A stretch of 64,000 nucleotides of DNA from a virus (Duplodnaviria > Caudoviricetes), in the IMG/VR virus record IMGVR_UViG_3300017722_002753, positions 1 to 64,000 of that record. One strand, given 5' to 3'. A program made the position numbers and the translations under genes. Positions within the stretch are counted from its first letter, which is position 1; each line of letters opens with the position of its first letter. The notes below the pieces were generated by a model. That model ran no database searches and was not told the DNA's origin. It saw nothing but the letters and a program-made list of their open reading frames with translations. Below are positions 29,019 through 39,424 of the stretch, in pieces.

Positions 29019-29678
29019 ATGTTAGAACAAAAATTATTAGAAGAACTTAATCGTCACAGAGCAATTAACAAATATGCTAAGAAAATGATTATGGAACAGG
29101 ATGCACCTCCAGCACCACCAACAGATGATGCTGCAATGCCACCGGCTGACGACTCAGCATTACCTCCAATGGATGATACCACGACTCCTCCGGCTGATGA
29201 TGCATCGGTACCACCACCACCAACTGATGATTTAGATGGGGATATGGGTGGAGACACTGAAGAAATTGATATTACAGATTTAGTTAATATGACTAAAAGT
29301 ATTAAAAAGGATATTGATGACAATAAAAATGACAACAGTAATGTGATTGGACAAATGGATTCTGTTTTCAGTAAGTTAGGTGATTTGGAACAAAAATTAT
29401 CTAGCATGGATTCAGTGATTGCAAAAATTGACGAGTTGGGTACTAAAATACAAAACATGAAAGAACCAACCGCTCAAGAAAGACTTGAAATGCGTTCATT
29501 GGATTCTTATCCGTTCAATCAAAACCCACAACAATTCTTCGCCGCAAAACAAGGTGAAATGAGACAAAGTGGTAAAAATGAATATGTATTAACAAAACAA
29601 GACGTACAAGATTATTCAGCCGATACTGTAAAAACTTCATTTAATCCTGAAAACCAACAAGATGAATATCGCTACTAA
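29019..29678 (+). CDS. Hypothetical protein with an acidic Pro-rich linker and coiled coil
   Basis: Likely start ATG 29019 (MLEQKLLEELNR); PPADD repeats followed by a heptad-like segment. Confidence 0.65.
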   Translation: MLEQKLLEELNRHRAINKYAKKMIMEQDAPPAPPTDDAAMPPADDSALPPMDDTTTPPADDASVPPPPTDDLDGDMGGDTEEIDITDLVNMTKSIKKDIDDNKNDNSNVIGQMDSVFSKLGDLEQKLSSMDSVIAKIDELGTKIQNMKEPTAQERLEMRSLDSYPFNQNPQQFFAAKQGEMRQSGKNEYVLTKQDVQDYSADTVKTSFNPENQQDEYRY

Positions 29679-30027
29679 TGTAAATTTTTTATTGGGATTA
29701 CAAATGCAGATGAGAATTAATCATTGGCAAACAAAAGGTTTTGCTAGACACAATGCTTTTGGAGGATTTTACGAAGTTTTGGATGGTTTAATTGATACCT
29801 TTATTGAAGCTTCAATGGGAAAATATGGAAGATTCACATTAGATGATGAAACCAAAACAATACAATTAAATAACTTATCAGATATAGATATGAAAGGATT
29901 AATCACAACTGTTAGGAGTGCATTCGTACAAATGGAATTAGACCCTACAGATACTGATTTATTGAATATTCGTGACGAAATGTTAGGTGAATTAAATAAA
30001 TTAAGTTATTTATTAACTTTAGAATAA
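29662..30027 (+). CDS. Dps/ferritin-like four-helix protein
   Basis: HWQTKGFARHNAFGGFYEVLDGLIDTFIE has the H-W...H...D...E ferroxidase-centre spacing of Dps-like proteins. Confidence 0.7.
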   Translation: MNIATNVNFLLGLQMQMRINHWQTKGFARHNAFGGFYEVLDGLIDTFIEASMGKYGRFTLDDETKTIQLNNLSDIDMKGLITTVRSAFVQMELDPTDTDLLNIRDEMLGELNKLSYLLTLE

Positions 30028-30041
30028 AATAATTAAGAAAA

Positions 30042-30518
30042 ATGATTTCAGGTTCATTCGCAACAACAGGTTCAACACAAACAAGAACTAGTTTATCATA
30101 CATAAATGAATTAGTTACGGGTGCAACAGCACACGGTCGTTATTATATAGTGGTTCCAAATCAATATATGGATGACAGTATGGCCAATGTATTAAGAAGT
30201 ACATATGGATACAAAGTACAAGCTAAAAACAGTTCAATGGGTACTTCCGACGATTATACAATATCATGGGGATTACCAATACCAACTGCAACGCCTACAT
30301 CAACAGCATATCCAACATCCACACCAACCAATACTCCAAATCCAACACCTAACCCGACTGAAACTAATAATCCTACCGCAACTCCAAGTAGTACACCAGC
30401 ACCAACGGCAAGTCCTACACCAAGTAGTACTCCGGCGCCAACTCCAAGCAGTACACCAGCACCAACGGCAAGTCCTACACCAAGTGGTACTCCGTCACCG
30501 AGTCCTACCGCAACGTAA
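30042..30518 (+). CDS. Hypothetical protein with a Pro/Thr-rich C-terminal tail
   Basis: About 80 aa of globular sequence followed by (PT/PS/PA)n repeats up to the stop codon. Confidence 0.7.
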   Translation: MISGSFATTGSTQTRTSLSYINELVTGATAHGRYYIVVPNQYMDDSMANVLRSTYGYKVQAKNSSMGTSDDYTISWGLPIPTATPTSTAYPTSTPTNTPNPTPNPTETNNPTATPSSTPAPTASPTPSSTPAPTPSSTPAPTASPTPSGTPSPSPTAT

Positions 30519-30546
30519 CAAATTAAAAATATTTTAAAAATAATTT

Positions 30547-30575
30547 AACCTGGATTTTATAATTCGGGTTTTTTT
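30547..30575 (+). terminator. Probable Rho-independent terminator
   Basis: AACCTGGA...TTCGGGTT stem with G-U pairs, followed by a T-run. Confidence 0.5.
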
Positions 30576-30621
30576 ATGTATCTTTTTTTATAACTGAATT
30601 TATAATTAAAATTTAAAAATT

Positions 30622-31464
30622 ATGTCAACATTTGATGCAGTACTAGCACAGTACGAGAAAAGCAAAAACGCCACAAGTGGCAATGCAAACAAATTTAACC
30701 AAGAAGACAGAATGAAGAAATACTTCACAACTGTACTTCTTAAAGGTTCTAAGGGTGAAGAGAGAAGAATTCGTATTCTTCCTACCCAAGATGGTTCCTC
30801 ACCATTTAAAGAGGTGTATTTCCACGAAATTCAAGTAGGTGGAAAATGGGTAAAACTTTTTGACCCAAAACAAGAAGGAAAACGTTCACCATTGAACGAA
30901 GTTAAAGAAGGTTTAGAGATGACTGGTGTTGACTCTGACCGTGAATTAGCTCGTCAATATCGTTCACGTAAATTCTATATTGTTAAAGTTATCGACCGTG
31001 ACCACGAACAAGATGGTCCCAAATTTTGGAGATTTAAGCACAACGCAAAACAAGATGGTATCTTAGATAAAATCTTCCCAATCTTCCAAAAGAAAGGTGA
31101 CATCAGTAATCCTGAAAATGGACGTGATTTAACCTTGTTCTTAACCCTAACTAAATCGGGTACAGGTAAAGAGTACACAACAATTAATTCTATTATCCCT
31201 GAAGACTCCTCACCTCTTAATACAGATGAGGCGGTTGCAAAAGTATGGTTAGGTGATGAACTAACATGGTCTGATGTATATTCCAAAAAACCTGAAGAAT
31301 ATCTTGAAATGGTTGCAAGAGGTGAAGAACCACGTTGGGATAATGATTCTAAGAAGTGGGTTTCAAATGCACAAGGTGAAGAAGTATTATCGGCGCCAAA
31401 AACGGCAACTCCTGTGGTTGACCCACAAGAAGAAGACGATACGGATTCGGATTTACCATTCTAA
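30622..31464 (+). CDS. Single-stranded DNA-binding protein (T4 gp32-like)
   Basis: RIRILP...PFKEVYFH...RKFYIVKVIDRD...FWRF...DISNPENGRDL; acidic tail EEDDTDSDLPF. Confidence 0.85.
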   Translation: MSTFDAVLAQYEKSKNATSGNANKFNQEDRMKKYFTTVLLKGSKGEERRIRILPTQDGSSPFKEVYFHEIQVGGKWVKLFDPKQEGKRSPLNEVKEGLEMTGVDSDRELARQYRSRKFYIVKVIDRDHEQDGPKFWRFKHNAKQDGILDKIFPIFQKKGDISNPENGRDLTLFLTLTKSGTGKEYTTINSIIPEDSSPLNTDEAVAKVWLGDELTWSDVYSKKPEEYLEMVARGEEPRWDNDSKKWVSNAQGEEVLSAPKTATPVVDPQEEDDTDSDLPF

Positions 31465-31521
31465 TTAATTCATAATATGTTCCCGACACTAATGTCGGGA
31501 ACATCTTTTAAAAACAACAAC

Positions 31522-32502
31522 ATGGCAGGAATTAAAAAAACAGATTTCTCGGCGATTAAGAAGAAATTCTCAAAAGAGGCCGAATATAAACCAGACCGTT
31601 TCTTCGATTTGGGAGATGCTTTCTTGGATGCAACGGGTATACCTGGACCTGCAATGGGACACATCAATATGTTATTAGGACATAGTGATACGGGTAAAAC
31701 AACCGCACTTGTAAAGTCAGCAGTAGACGCACAAAAGAAAAACATTGTTCCTGTGTTTATTATCACAGAACAAAAATGGAGTTGGGACCACGCAGAATTA
31801 ATGGGTTTTGATAGAAATGGAGATTATCTTTTCAATAGTGATTTTGAATATATCGAACAAATTACAGAATATATCAATGAATTGTTAGATGCACAAGAAA
31901 AGGGAGATATACCTCACGATTTATTAATCCTTTGGGATTCGGTAGGTTCGGTTCCATGTAAGATGACTTACGACGGTAAAGGTGGTAAACAACACAATGC
32001 ATCGGTATTAGCTGACAAAATTGGAATGGGTATCAACCAACGTATCTCAGGGTCAAGAAGGACAGATAAACCTTATACAAACACATTAATCATCGTTAAT
32101 CAACCTTGGGTAGAATTACCTGACAATCCTTTTGGACAACCAAAGATTAAAGCAAAAGGTGGAGAAGCAATTTGGTTAAACTCAAGTATTGTATTCTTAT
32201 TTGGTAATCAAAAAGGAGCGGGTACAACTAAAATTTCAATCACTAAAGATAAGAGAAAAGTTAAAATTGCAACAAGAACAAAAATCTCTATCATGAAGAA
32301 CCATATCAATGGTTTGGGATATGAAGATGGACGTATCTTGGTTACATCACACGGATTTATGAGTGGAAGAGAAGAAGGTGAAGAAAAGAAATCTCTTGAA
32401 GAATACAAAAAAGAGTGTGGTGAATACATCAGTAAGATGTTAGGTGTTAATGTTACAGACATCGAAGACGTAGAAGTTGTAACAGAAGAAAGTGACCTAT
32501 AA
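31522..32502 (+). CDS. uvsX: RecA/UvsX-like recombinase
   Basis: Walker A GHSDTGKTT, Walker B LILWDSVG, IIVNQ, KAKGGEAI. The likely start is ATG 31522. Confidence 0.88.
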   Translation: MAGIKKTDFSAIKKKFSKEAEYKPDRFFDLGDAFLDATGIPGPAMGHINMLLGHSDTGKTTALVKSAVDAQKKNIVPVFIITEQKWSWDHAELMGFDRNGDYLFNSDFEYIEQITEYINELLDAQEKGDIPHDLLILWDSVGSVPCKMTYDGKGGKQHNASVLADKIGMGINQRISGSRRTDKPYTNTLIIVNQPWVELPDNPFGQPKIKAKGGEAIWLNSSIVFLFGNQKGAGTTKISITKDKRKVKIATRTKISIMKNHINGLGYEDGRILVTSHGFMSGREEGEEKKSLEEYKKECGEYISKMLGVNVTDIEDVEVVTEESDL

Positions 32503-32515
32503 TATAAATGAATAA

Positions 32516-33535
32516 ATGTCTGTTTTATTAGTTGATGGAGATAATCTACTTACAATTGGTTTCTATGGTCTTAAGAATCACTTCTATAAAGGAAAGCACT
32601 TTGGAGCATTGTATCATTTTATTAATACTCTTAGGAGATCGTTTGAGATATACCATTTAGACAAGATTGTCGTATTTTGGGACGGAGAAAACGGACACCA
32701 ACCAAGAAAACAGATATATCATTTATATAAAGAAAATAGACGGTCTCGTTTAAGAACCGACGAAGAAATCAATTCGTACAATACCCAAAGACAAAGAGTC
32801 AAACAATACTTAGAAGAATTATTTGTAAGACAAGGAGAGTATCCATTGTGTGAAACGGACGACAGTATCGCATATTACACGCAAAATTCACCAAACGAAA
32901 ACAAAATCGTTTACTCGAGTGACGGAGACCTAACTCAACTTGTTTCTGAAAAAACACAAATTTACAACCCTTCACATCAGAAACTTTATAAGGTAAATGA
33001 TACCATAGTTTATAGTCATGAAAACATTTTAATTGAAAACGTTAAATTGGTTAAGATGCTATGTGGTGACCCATCTGATAATATATCTGGAATCAAAAAT
33101 ATGGGGATAAAGAGACTTATTTCCATGTTCCCTGAGGTTAAGGATAGAAAGGTAACCTTAGAAGAAATCAGAGAAAAAACAAACCTTTTATTTGAAGATG
33201 ACAAACACAATTGGTTACTTAGGAATTTACTAACAGGTGTAACCAAACATGGTGTTTTTGGGGAGGAGTTTTACGAAATCAATAACAGAATTGTAAGTCT
33301 TGATGAACCCTTATTAACAGATGAAGCAAAAGAAAATATAATTGCATTAATCAATGAAAATTTAGACCCCGAAGGACGGTCATATAAAAATACTATGAAA
33401 ATGATGATGGAAGACGGACTCTTCCAAGTATTACCAAAATCAGACGATGCTTGGACTAATTTCTTAAATCCCTTTCTTAGATTAACAAGAAAAGAAAAAA
33501 ATAAAAGGACAATTAAAATTAAAAACTATGAGTAA
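32516..33535 (+). CDS. 5'-3' exonuclease / RNase H (T4 rnh, FEN-like)
   Basis: LLVDGDNLL, VFWDG, ETDDSIA, SSDGDLTQL, and helix-hairpin-helix GDPSDNISGIKNMGIK. Confidence 0.9.
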   Translation: MSVLLVDGDNLLTIGFYGLKNHFYKGKHFGALYHFINTLRRSFEIYHLDKIVVFWDGENGHQPRKQIYHLYKENRRSRLRTDEEINSYNTQRQRVKQYLEELFVRQGEYPLCETDDSIAYYTQNSPNENKIVYSSDGDLTQLVSEKTQIYNPSHQKLYKVNDTIVYSHENILIENVKLVKMLCGDPSDNISGIKNMGIKRLISMFPEVKDRKVTLEEIREKTNLLFEDDKHNWLLRNLLTGVTKHGVFGEEFYEINNRIVSLDEPLLTDEAKENIIALINENLDPEGRSYKNTMKMMMEDGLFQVLPKSDDAWTNFLNPFLRLTRKEKNKRTIKIKNYE

Positions 33536-33977
33536 CCAACAAATGGACATCACAAAATTCGAATTTCTACTTAGTTTAGGTGGGAACATCGTATGTCAAA
33601 GATTCTTTAATGTAAAAGATCATAATCCACAAGCAAGAAGATCGATGGATATGCATTATTACATAAAAAATATTTGCGAAGATATTAGCGAAGATTTGAA
33701 AATAAAAACTTCCGATTATATGAGTGAAAATCAAAACTTTATCCTCTCTTCTGAGTATGTGGAAGATTCGAATGAGCAAGAAAAAGAACACTTTTTATTG
33801 GAAATAAAGTTAGGTGACGACGTATTTATTTCTAGGATATTTCCGGCGTACTATTACCACCCAAAGGTTAGATACACGGTAGATATTCGTCCAAAACTTA
33901 AGAGAGTTTTGTCAGATTTAACTGACATTTTATCCGCTTATGATTTAGAGACGACGTATTTACACTACGAACTGTAA
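33528..33977 (+). CDS. Hypothetical protein in the replication operon
   Basis: 149 aa; overlaps the upstream stop; sits directly before the helicase gene. Confidence 0.75.
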   Translation: MSNQQMDITKFEFLLSLGGNIVCQRFFNVKDHNPQARRSMDMHYYIKNICEDISEDLKIKTSDYMSENQNFILSSEYVEDSNEQEKEHFLLEIKLGDDVFISRIFPAYYYHPKVRYTVDIRPKLKRVLSDLTDILSAYDLETTYLHYEL

Positions 33978-34006
33978 AATTTAAAAATTTATATAAAATA
34001 ATAGAC

Positions 34007-35383
34007 ATGGAAGAAAAGAATTTTGGTTATTTAGGGTTTTCATTTCAGCAATCGCTTATTAAGGCAATCATAGAAGATAAAAAATATGGTGAAACAATTA
34101 TCGATGTTTTAGAGAGTAAGTATTTTGAGAACAATTCCTTTAAATTTTTAATGGAAAACATTAAAGAATTGTATAAGACATACGAAAAGTTACCCGATTA
34201 TCACACATTATCTCAAAAAGTTATGGCTGAAGGTGGAAACAAAGACTCCTCCAAAGTTCACGTTGACACATTAGAGGCGATAAAGGACGATTCAAAAGAT
34301 ACTGCATACGTTAAGGATACCGCCTTGAATTTTTGCAAACAACAAAACCTTAAAAGGGAATTAAAATCTGTACAAAATATTATTGAAAACGGACAATTCG
34401 AAGCTTATAGTAAAATTGAAGAGATTATCAAAAAGGCTTTACAGGTTGGTATTTCAAATGACGAGGTCCTTGACGTTTTTCACGATATAGACGCAGCATT
34501 AGAAAAAGACTTTAGACTACCAATTCCAACAGGAATTGTGGGTGTTGATAATTTATTAAAAGGTGGTTTAGGTAGAGGTGAATTAGGTGTAGTACTTGCT
34601 CCAACTGGTACAGGTAAAACAACCTTATTAACAAAATTCGCCAACACAGCATATAATCTTGGTTTAAACGTTGTTCAAATATTTTTTGAAGATAACGTTG
34701 GTAACATAAAACGTAAACACTATACTATTTGGTCAGGTATTGCTCCTGATGAACAACCTGAACATATAGAAGAAGTAAAAGAAAAGATTAAAGAGGCACA
34801 AGAAAGATCAGTAGGAACTATTAATCTTATGAAATTTCCGTCTGATAACATTACAATTTCAGATATTAAATCTAGATTGAGAAAAATGACATCGGATGGT
34901 ATTAAAGTTGATTTATTAGTATTAGATTATGTAGACTGTCTTACCGCCGAAAGAAGTACAAACGGAGAAGAGTGGAAAGGTGAAGGATCTATTATGAGAA
35001 GTTTAGAGTCTATGACTGGTGAGTTTAACATGGCAATATGGACCGCCACACAAGGTAACCGAGAATCAATTTCTTCTGAAGTTGTAACAGGAGACCAAAT
35101 GGGAGGTTCAATCAAAAAAGCACAAATCGCACACGTAATATTATCGATTGCAAAATCGTTAGAACAAAAAGACCAAAACTTAGCAACACTTACGTTAGTT
35201 AAGTCACGTATCGGTAGAGATGGTGTGGTATTCACCAACTGTAAATTCAATAACGAATTTTTAGTTATTGATACGGATTCACAAAATACATTATTAGGTC
35301 ACGAACAAGATAGAGTTCGAAATAATGTAGATAGGGCAGCAGAAGCCTTCCAAAGAATACAAAAAGTAAAACCAAGAGTTTAA
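34007..35383 (+). CDS. dnaB: Replicative DnaB-like (gp41-like) helicase
   Basis: Walker [48 protein letters not shown]. Confidence 0.9.
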   Translation: MEEKNFGYLGFSFQQSLIKAIIEDKKYGETIIDVLESKYFENNSFKFLMENIKELYKTYEKLPDYHTLSQKVMAEGGNKDSSKVHVDTLEAIKDDSKDTAYVKDTALNFCKQQNLKRELKSVQNIIENGQFEAYSKIEEIIKKALQVGISNDEVLDVFHDIDAALEKDFRLPIPTGIVGVDNLLKGGLGRGELGVVLAPTGTGKTTLLTKFANTAYNLGLNVVQIFFEDNVGNIKRKHYTIWSGIAPDEQPEHIEEVKEKIKEAQERSVGTINLMKFPSDNITISDIKSRLRKMTSDGIKVDLLVLDYVDCLTAERSTNGEEWKGEGSIMRSLESMTGEFNMAIWTATQGNRESISSEVVTGDQMGGSIKKAQIAHVILSIAKSLEQKDQNLATLTLVKSRIGRDGVVFTNCKFNNEFLVIDTDSQNTLLGHEQDRVRNNVDRAAEAFQRIQKVKPRV

Positions 35384-35399
35384 CAATCAAAAAAAAATT

Positions 35400-36374
35400 A
35401 TGATAGAAAAAATATTACAAGATAACCCTGGACGCTTTGTCCTTTTTCCAATCGAACATCACGATTTATGGAAACTATATAAACAACAAGAAGCGTGTTT
35501 TTGGACCGCAGAGGAAATCGATTTAGCTCAAGATATTAACGATTGGGATAATAAATTGAATGATGACGAACAACATTTTGTTAAACATGTATTAGCGTTT
35601 TTTGCAGCATCAGATGGTATTGTTAACGAGAACATTGCGATGAATTTTGTTAATGCGGTTCAATACACAGAGGCAAAATTCTTTTACGGTTTTCAAATTA
35701 TGATGGAAAATATTCATAGTGAAACGTATTCATTATTGATTGATTCATATATTAAAGATAAAGAAGAACAAAATAAGTTATTTCGTGCGGTAGAAACAAT
35801 ACCAGCCATTAAAAAGAAGGCCGATTGGGCAATGAAGTTTATTGAGAAAGGTAGTTTTGCCGAAAGACTTATTGCATTTGCCGCGGTTGAAGGTATTTTC
35901 TTTTCAGGTTCATTCTGTTCAATCTTTTGGTTGAAGAAAAGAGGTTTAATGCCGGGTTTAACATTTTCAAATGAATTGATTTCTCGTGACGAAGGTATGC
36001 ATTGTGATTACGCTTGTCATTTATATAATAACCATATTGATAATAAACTTTCAAAAGAAAGAATTAAAGAAATCATTTGTGGGGCATTGGAGATTGAGAA
36101 GGAATTTATTCTCGAAGCATTACCTGTTCGTTTAATTGGTATGAATTCAGATTTAATGGCTCAATATCTTGAATTTGTAACGGATAGATTGTTAGATGCA
36201 TTAGGTGTACCTAAAGTTTATAATTCTGAAAATCCATTTGATTTTATGCAAAATATCGCATTACAAGGTAAAACTAATTTCTTTGAAAAAAGAGTTGCAG
36301 AATATCAAAAGGCTGGTGTTAATAATGTTGCTGAAGATTTAAATTCAGCATTTGATGAGGATATGGATTTTTAA
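35400..36374 (+). CDS. nrdB: Ribonucleotide reductase class Ia beta subunit
   Basis: [29 protein letters not shown] (radical Tyr), [15 protein letters not shown]. Confidence 0.97.
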   Translation: MIEKILQDNPGRFVLFPIEHHDLWKLYKQQEACFWTAEEIDLAQDINDWDNKLNDDEQHFVKHVLAFFAASDGIVNENIAMNFVNAVQYTEAKFFYGFQIMMENIHSETYSLLIDSYIKDKEEQNKLFRAVETIPAIKKKADWAMKFIEKGSFAERLIAFAAVEGIFFSGSFCSIFWLKKRGLMPGLTFSNELISRDEGMHCDYACHLYNNHIDNKLSKERIKEIICGALEIEKEFILEALPVRLIGMNSDLMAQYLEFVTDRLLDALGVPKVYNSENPFDFMQNIALQGKTNFFEKRVAEYQKAGVNNVAEDLNSAFDEDMDF

Positions 36375-36390
36375 AATTTAAATAAAGAAG

Positions 36391-38820
36391 ATGAAAGTAA
36401 AAAAAAGAGATGGATCCTTGGAGGAAATGAGGTATGACAAAATAACGAGAAGAATTAGTGTATTTTGTAGTGATTTAAATTTAGAATATATTGACCCAAC
36501 ATATGTTACTTTAAAAGTAACTCAAGGTATATATGACGGCATAACTACAACTGAGTTAGATGTGTTGGCTGCGGAAACCGCCGCAGCAATGGTTACCACA
36601 CATCCTGATTATGCAAAATTATCAGGTCGTTTAGCGGTATCTAATTTACATAAGACAACACATAAAAAGTTTTCACAATGTATTAAAGAACTATATTCTT
36701 TTGTTGAACCGAAAACAGGTAAAGAGTCTTCATTGATTGACGATGACGTTTATAAGTTTGTAATGGAAAATAAAGAATCTTTAGATGGTGCAATTCACCA
36801 AGAAAGGGATTTAGATTTTGATTACTTTGGATATAAAACATTAGAAAGGTCTTATCTTTTAAAGATTGCCAATAGAGTGGTTGAAAGACCTCAATACATG
36901 TATATGAGGGTTGCTGTTGGTATTTGTAAAGGTAATTTAGAAACCGCACTTAGAATATATGATGATTTATCACAACACTTTTATACACATGCAACACCCA
37001 CATTATTCAACGCGGGAACTCGTAAGGCACAAATGTCTTCTTGTTTCTTAATTGGAAATAAAGGTGATGATATTGATGGTCTATTTGATACCATTAAAGA
37101 TGTTGCAAAGATTTCTAAGTGGGCTGGTGGTATTGGATTACACGTACATGATGTTCGTGCTAAGGGCTCATATATTAAAGGAACTGGTGGACAATCTGAT
37201 GGTTTATTACCGATGATGAAAACTTATAATGAAGTTGCTCGTTGGATTAACCAAGGAGGAAAACGTAAAGGTTCATTTGCCATTTATCTTGAGCCATGGC
37301 ATTCAGATATTTTTGAATTTATTGATTTAAGAAAAAATCACGGTAAAGAAGAAATGAGAGCAAGAGATTTATTCTTGGCGATGTGGACACCTAGCCTTTT
37401 CATGGAGAGAGTGGAATCTGATGGAGAATGGACATTGTTCTCACCTGACGAAGCGCCAGGTTTATCTGAAGCATATGATTCTCCGGAAGATAAAGCATTT
37501 ACTCGTTTATATGAACAATACGAACAAGAAGGTAAAGGTAGAAAAGTTATTAAGGCAAGAAAATTAATGGACGCCATTTTAACTGCGCAAATTGAAACGG
37601 GAACACCTTATATGTTATATAAAGACCCGGCAAATTACAAGTCAAACCAAAAGAATTTAGGAACTATCAAGTCATCAAACTTGTGTACCGAGATTATTGA
37701 ATATAGTTCACCAACTGAACAGGCAGTTTGTAATTTAGCATCAATTGCCTTACCTAAGTATATTCTCAATGGTGAATTTAATCACGACTTACTATATGAA
37801 TACACATACCAAGTTGTTAAGAATTTAAATAATGTTATTGATTTAAACTATTACCCAACCGAAGAAACAAAACGTTCTAACTTTAGACATCGTCCTGTTG
37901 GGTTAGGTGTCCAAGGTTTAGCGGATGTATTTTGTATTTTAGAGTTACCATTTGAATCTGAATCGGCGGATAAATTACAAACGGATATTTTTGAAACAAT
38001 CTATTTTGCTGCAATGACATCTTCAAATGATATTGCAAAAGAAGTCGGTGCGTATGAGTCAATATCAAATTCTCCAATCTCAAAAGGGATATTCCAATAT
38101 GAGATGTGGGGTAAAAAAGATAAAGATTTATCAGGTCGTTGGGATTGGAAATCGTTAAGAAAAGACGTAGTTAAATTTGGTGTAAGAAATTCATTATTGG
38201 TTGCACCAATGCCGACGGCATCGACAGCTCAAATTTTAGGTAACAACGAAGCGTTTGAACCGTTTACAAGTAACCTTTATTCTCGTAGAACATTGAGTGG
38301 TGAATTTATCATGATAAACAAACACTTAGTTAGTGCGTTATTAAAGTTAGGATTGTGGAGTGATTCAATCAAGAATAAACTAATCATGGAAAATGGTTCA
38401 GTTCAAAATATTCCCGAAATACCAACACAATTAAAAGAGGTATATAAAACCGTTTGGGAAATGTCTCAAAAAAGAATTCTCCAAATGGCGGCAAACAGAA
38501 GTATTTTTATTGACCAATCACAGTCATTAAATTTATTTATTGATAATGCAACCAAACCTAAATTATTAGCGGCACATTTATTTGGTTGGAAATTAGGTTT
38601 AAAAACGGGTATGTATTACTTAAGAACAAGATCTGCGGTTGATGCAATGAAAGGATTAGGTATTAATACGTCAACAGAGAAACCCGTAGAACAAACACCA
38701 TCTATAAATAATGTCGAGGTACCAACCAATACATTAATTAGTGAAAGAACACCTGAGGTTGTAATGACATCAGAAAGACCAACAGACTCACCATTCGAAT
38801 GTGAGGGATGTGGTTCATAA
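36391..38820 (+). CDS. nrdA: Ribonucleotide reductase class Ia alpha subunit with ATP cone
   Basis: N-terminal VKKRDG ATP cone, ATPTLFNAG, SSCFL, SSNLCTEI, VCNLASI, PMPTAST; C-terminal CEGCGS. Confidence 0.97.
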   Translation: MKVKKRDGSLEEMRYDKITRRISVFCSDLNLEYIDPTYVTLKVTQGIYDGITTTELDVLAAETAAAMVTTHPDYAKLSGRLAVSNLHKTTHKKFSQCIKELYSFVEPKTGKESSLIDDDVYKFVMENKESLDGAIHQERDLDFDYFGYKTLERSYLLKIANRVVERPQYMYMRVAVGICKGNLETALRIYDDLSQHFYTHATPTLFNAGTRKAQMSSCFLIGNKGDDIDGLFDTIKDVAKISKWAGGIGLHVHDVRAKGSYIKGTGGQSDGLLPMMKTYNEVARWINQGGKRKGSFAIYLEPWHSDIFEFIDLRKNHGKEEMRARDLFLAMWTPSLFMERVESDGEWTLFSPDEAPGLSEAYDSPEDKAFTRLYEQYEQEGKGRKVIKARKLMDAILTAQIETGTPYMLYKDPANYKSNQKNLGTIKSSNLCTEIIEYSSPTEQAVCNLASIALPKYILNGEFNHDLLYEYTYQVVKNLNNVIDLNYYPTEETKRSNFRHRPVGLGVQGLADVFCILELPFESESADKLQTDIFETIYFAAMTSSNDIAKEVGAYESISNSPISKGIFQYEMWGKKDKDLSGRWDWKSLRKDVVKFGVRNSLLVAPMPTASTAQILGNNEAFEPFTSNLYSRRTLSGEFIMINKHLVSALLKLGLWSDSIKNKLIMENGSVQNIPEIPTQLKEVYKTVWEMSQKRILQMAANRSIFIDQSQSLNLFIDNATKPKLLAAHLFGWKLGLKTGMYYLRTRSAVDAMKGLGINTSTEKPVEQTPSINNVEVPTNTLISERTPEVVMTSERPTDSPFECEGCGS

Positions 38821-38907
38821 AATAATGGGAGACTCCCCCAGAGTTACTAAGTATCTTGGACTTCCAGGTTTTGAGAATAAAGGGGGTGAATATCAAAACA
38901 CTACATT

Positions 38908-38933
38908 AATCCCGACTTCGGTCGGGATTTTTC
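38908..38933 (+). terminator. Rho-independent terminator with a cUUCGg tetraloop
   Basis: Perfect stem AATCCCGAC-ttcg-GTCGGGATT followed by Ts. Confidence 0.85.
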
Positions 38934-38970
38934 GTTTATTAATATTTTAGTTTAGTTTATATTTATAGGT

Positions 38971-39423
38971 ATGAATGTAACATATGGTATAGATTTTCCA
39001 TTTAGAGATAGTCCAAAGGGGGCTTACCTAAAGATGACAGAAACACCTGAAAGGGAAGTTCGTGCAAATTTGATTCATCTATTATTAACTAGAAAGGGAA
39101 GTAGATACTTTTTACCAGATTTTGGTACTAGATTATATGAATTCATTTTTGACCAAAACGACGTGGTTACATTTAATTTAATTGAAGAAGAGATAAGAGA
39201 AGGGGTTAGAAAATACATTCCTAATTTAGATATTAACTCAATTAACATTATGTCAGCTGAGGATGACCCCGATAGAGATAAATTGTTTTCACAAGATGAA
39301 GACGCAAGATTATTTAGAGTTTCGGATGACTCGACAAGACCGTATACGGCTAAAGTAAAAATAGACTATACAGTCAATAATGGAACATTTAGTTCTTCCG
39401 ACTTTGTAATTATAAACATATAA
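38971..39423 (+). CDS. Baseplate wedge subunit (gp25-like)
   Basis: VRANLIHLLLTRKGSRYFLPDFGTRLYEFIFD; preceded by TATTTATA at 38960-38967. Confidence 0.88.
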   Translation: MNVTYGIDFPFRDSPKGAYLKMTETPEREVRANLIHLLLTRKGSRYFLPDFGTRLYEFIFDQNDVVTFNLIEEEIREGVRKYIPNLDINSINIMSAEDDPDRDKLFSQDEDARLFRVSDDSTRPYTAKVKIDYTVNNGTFSSSDFVIINI

Positions 39424-39424
39424 G

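Noticed and set aside
2365-38820. Inteins or group I introns in polB, helicases or nrdA
   Set aside because: Protein lengths and motif spacing are ordinary; no splice-junction or LAGLIDADG/HNH motifs were seen.
38826-38950. 41-codon ORF MGDSPRVTKYLGLPGFENKGG... after nrdA
   Set aside because: It runs through the UUCG terminator hairpin and has no recognisable motif; more likely non-coding.
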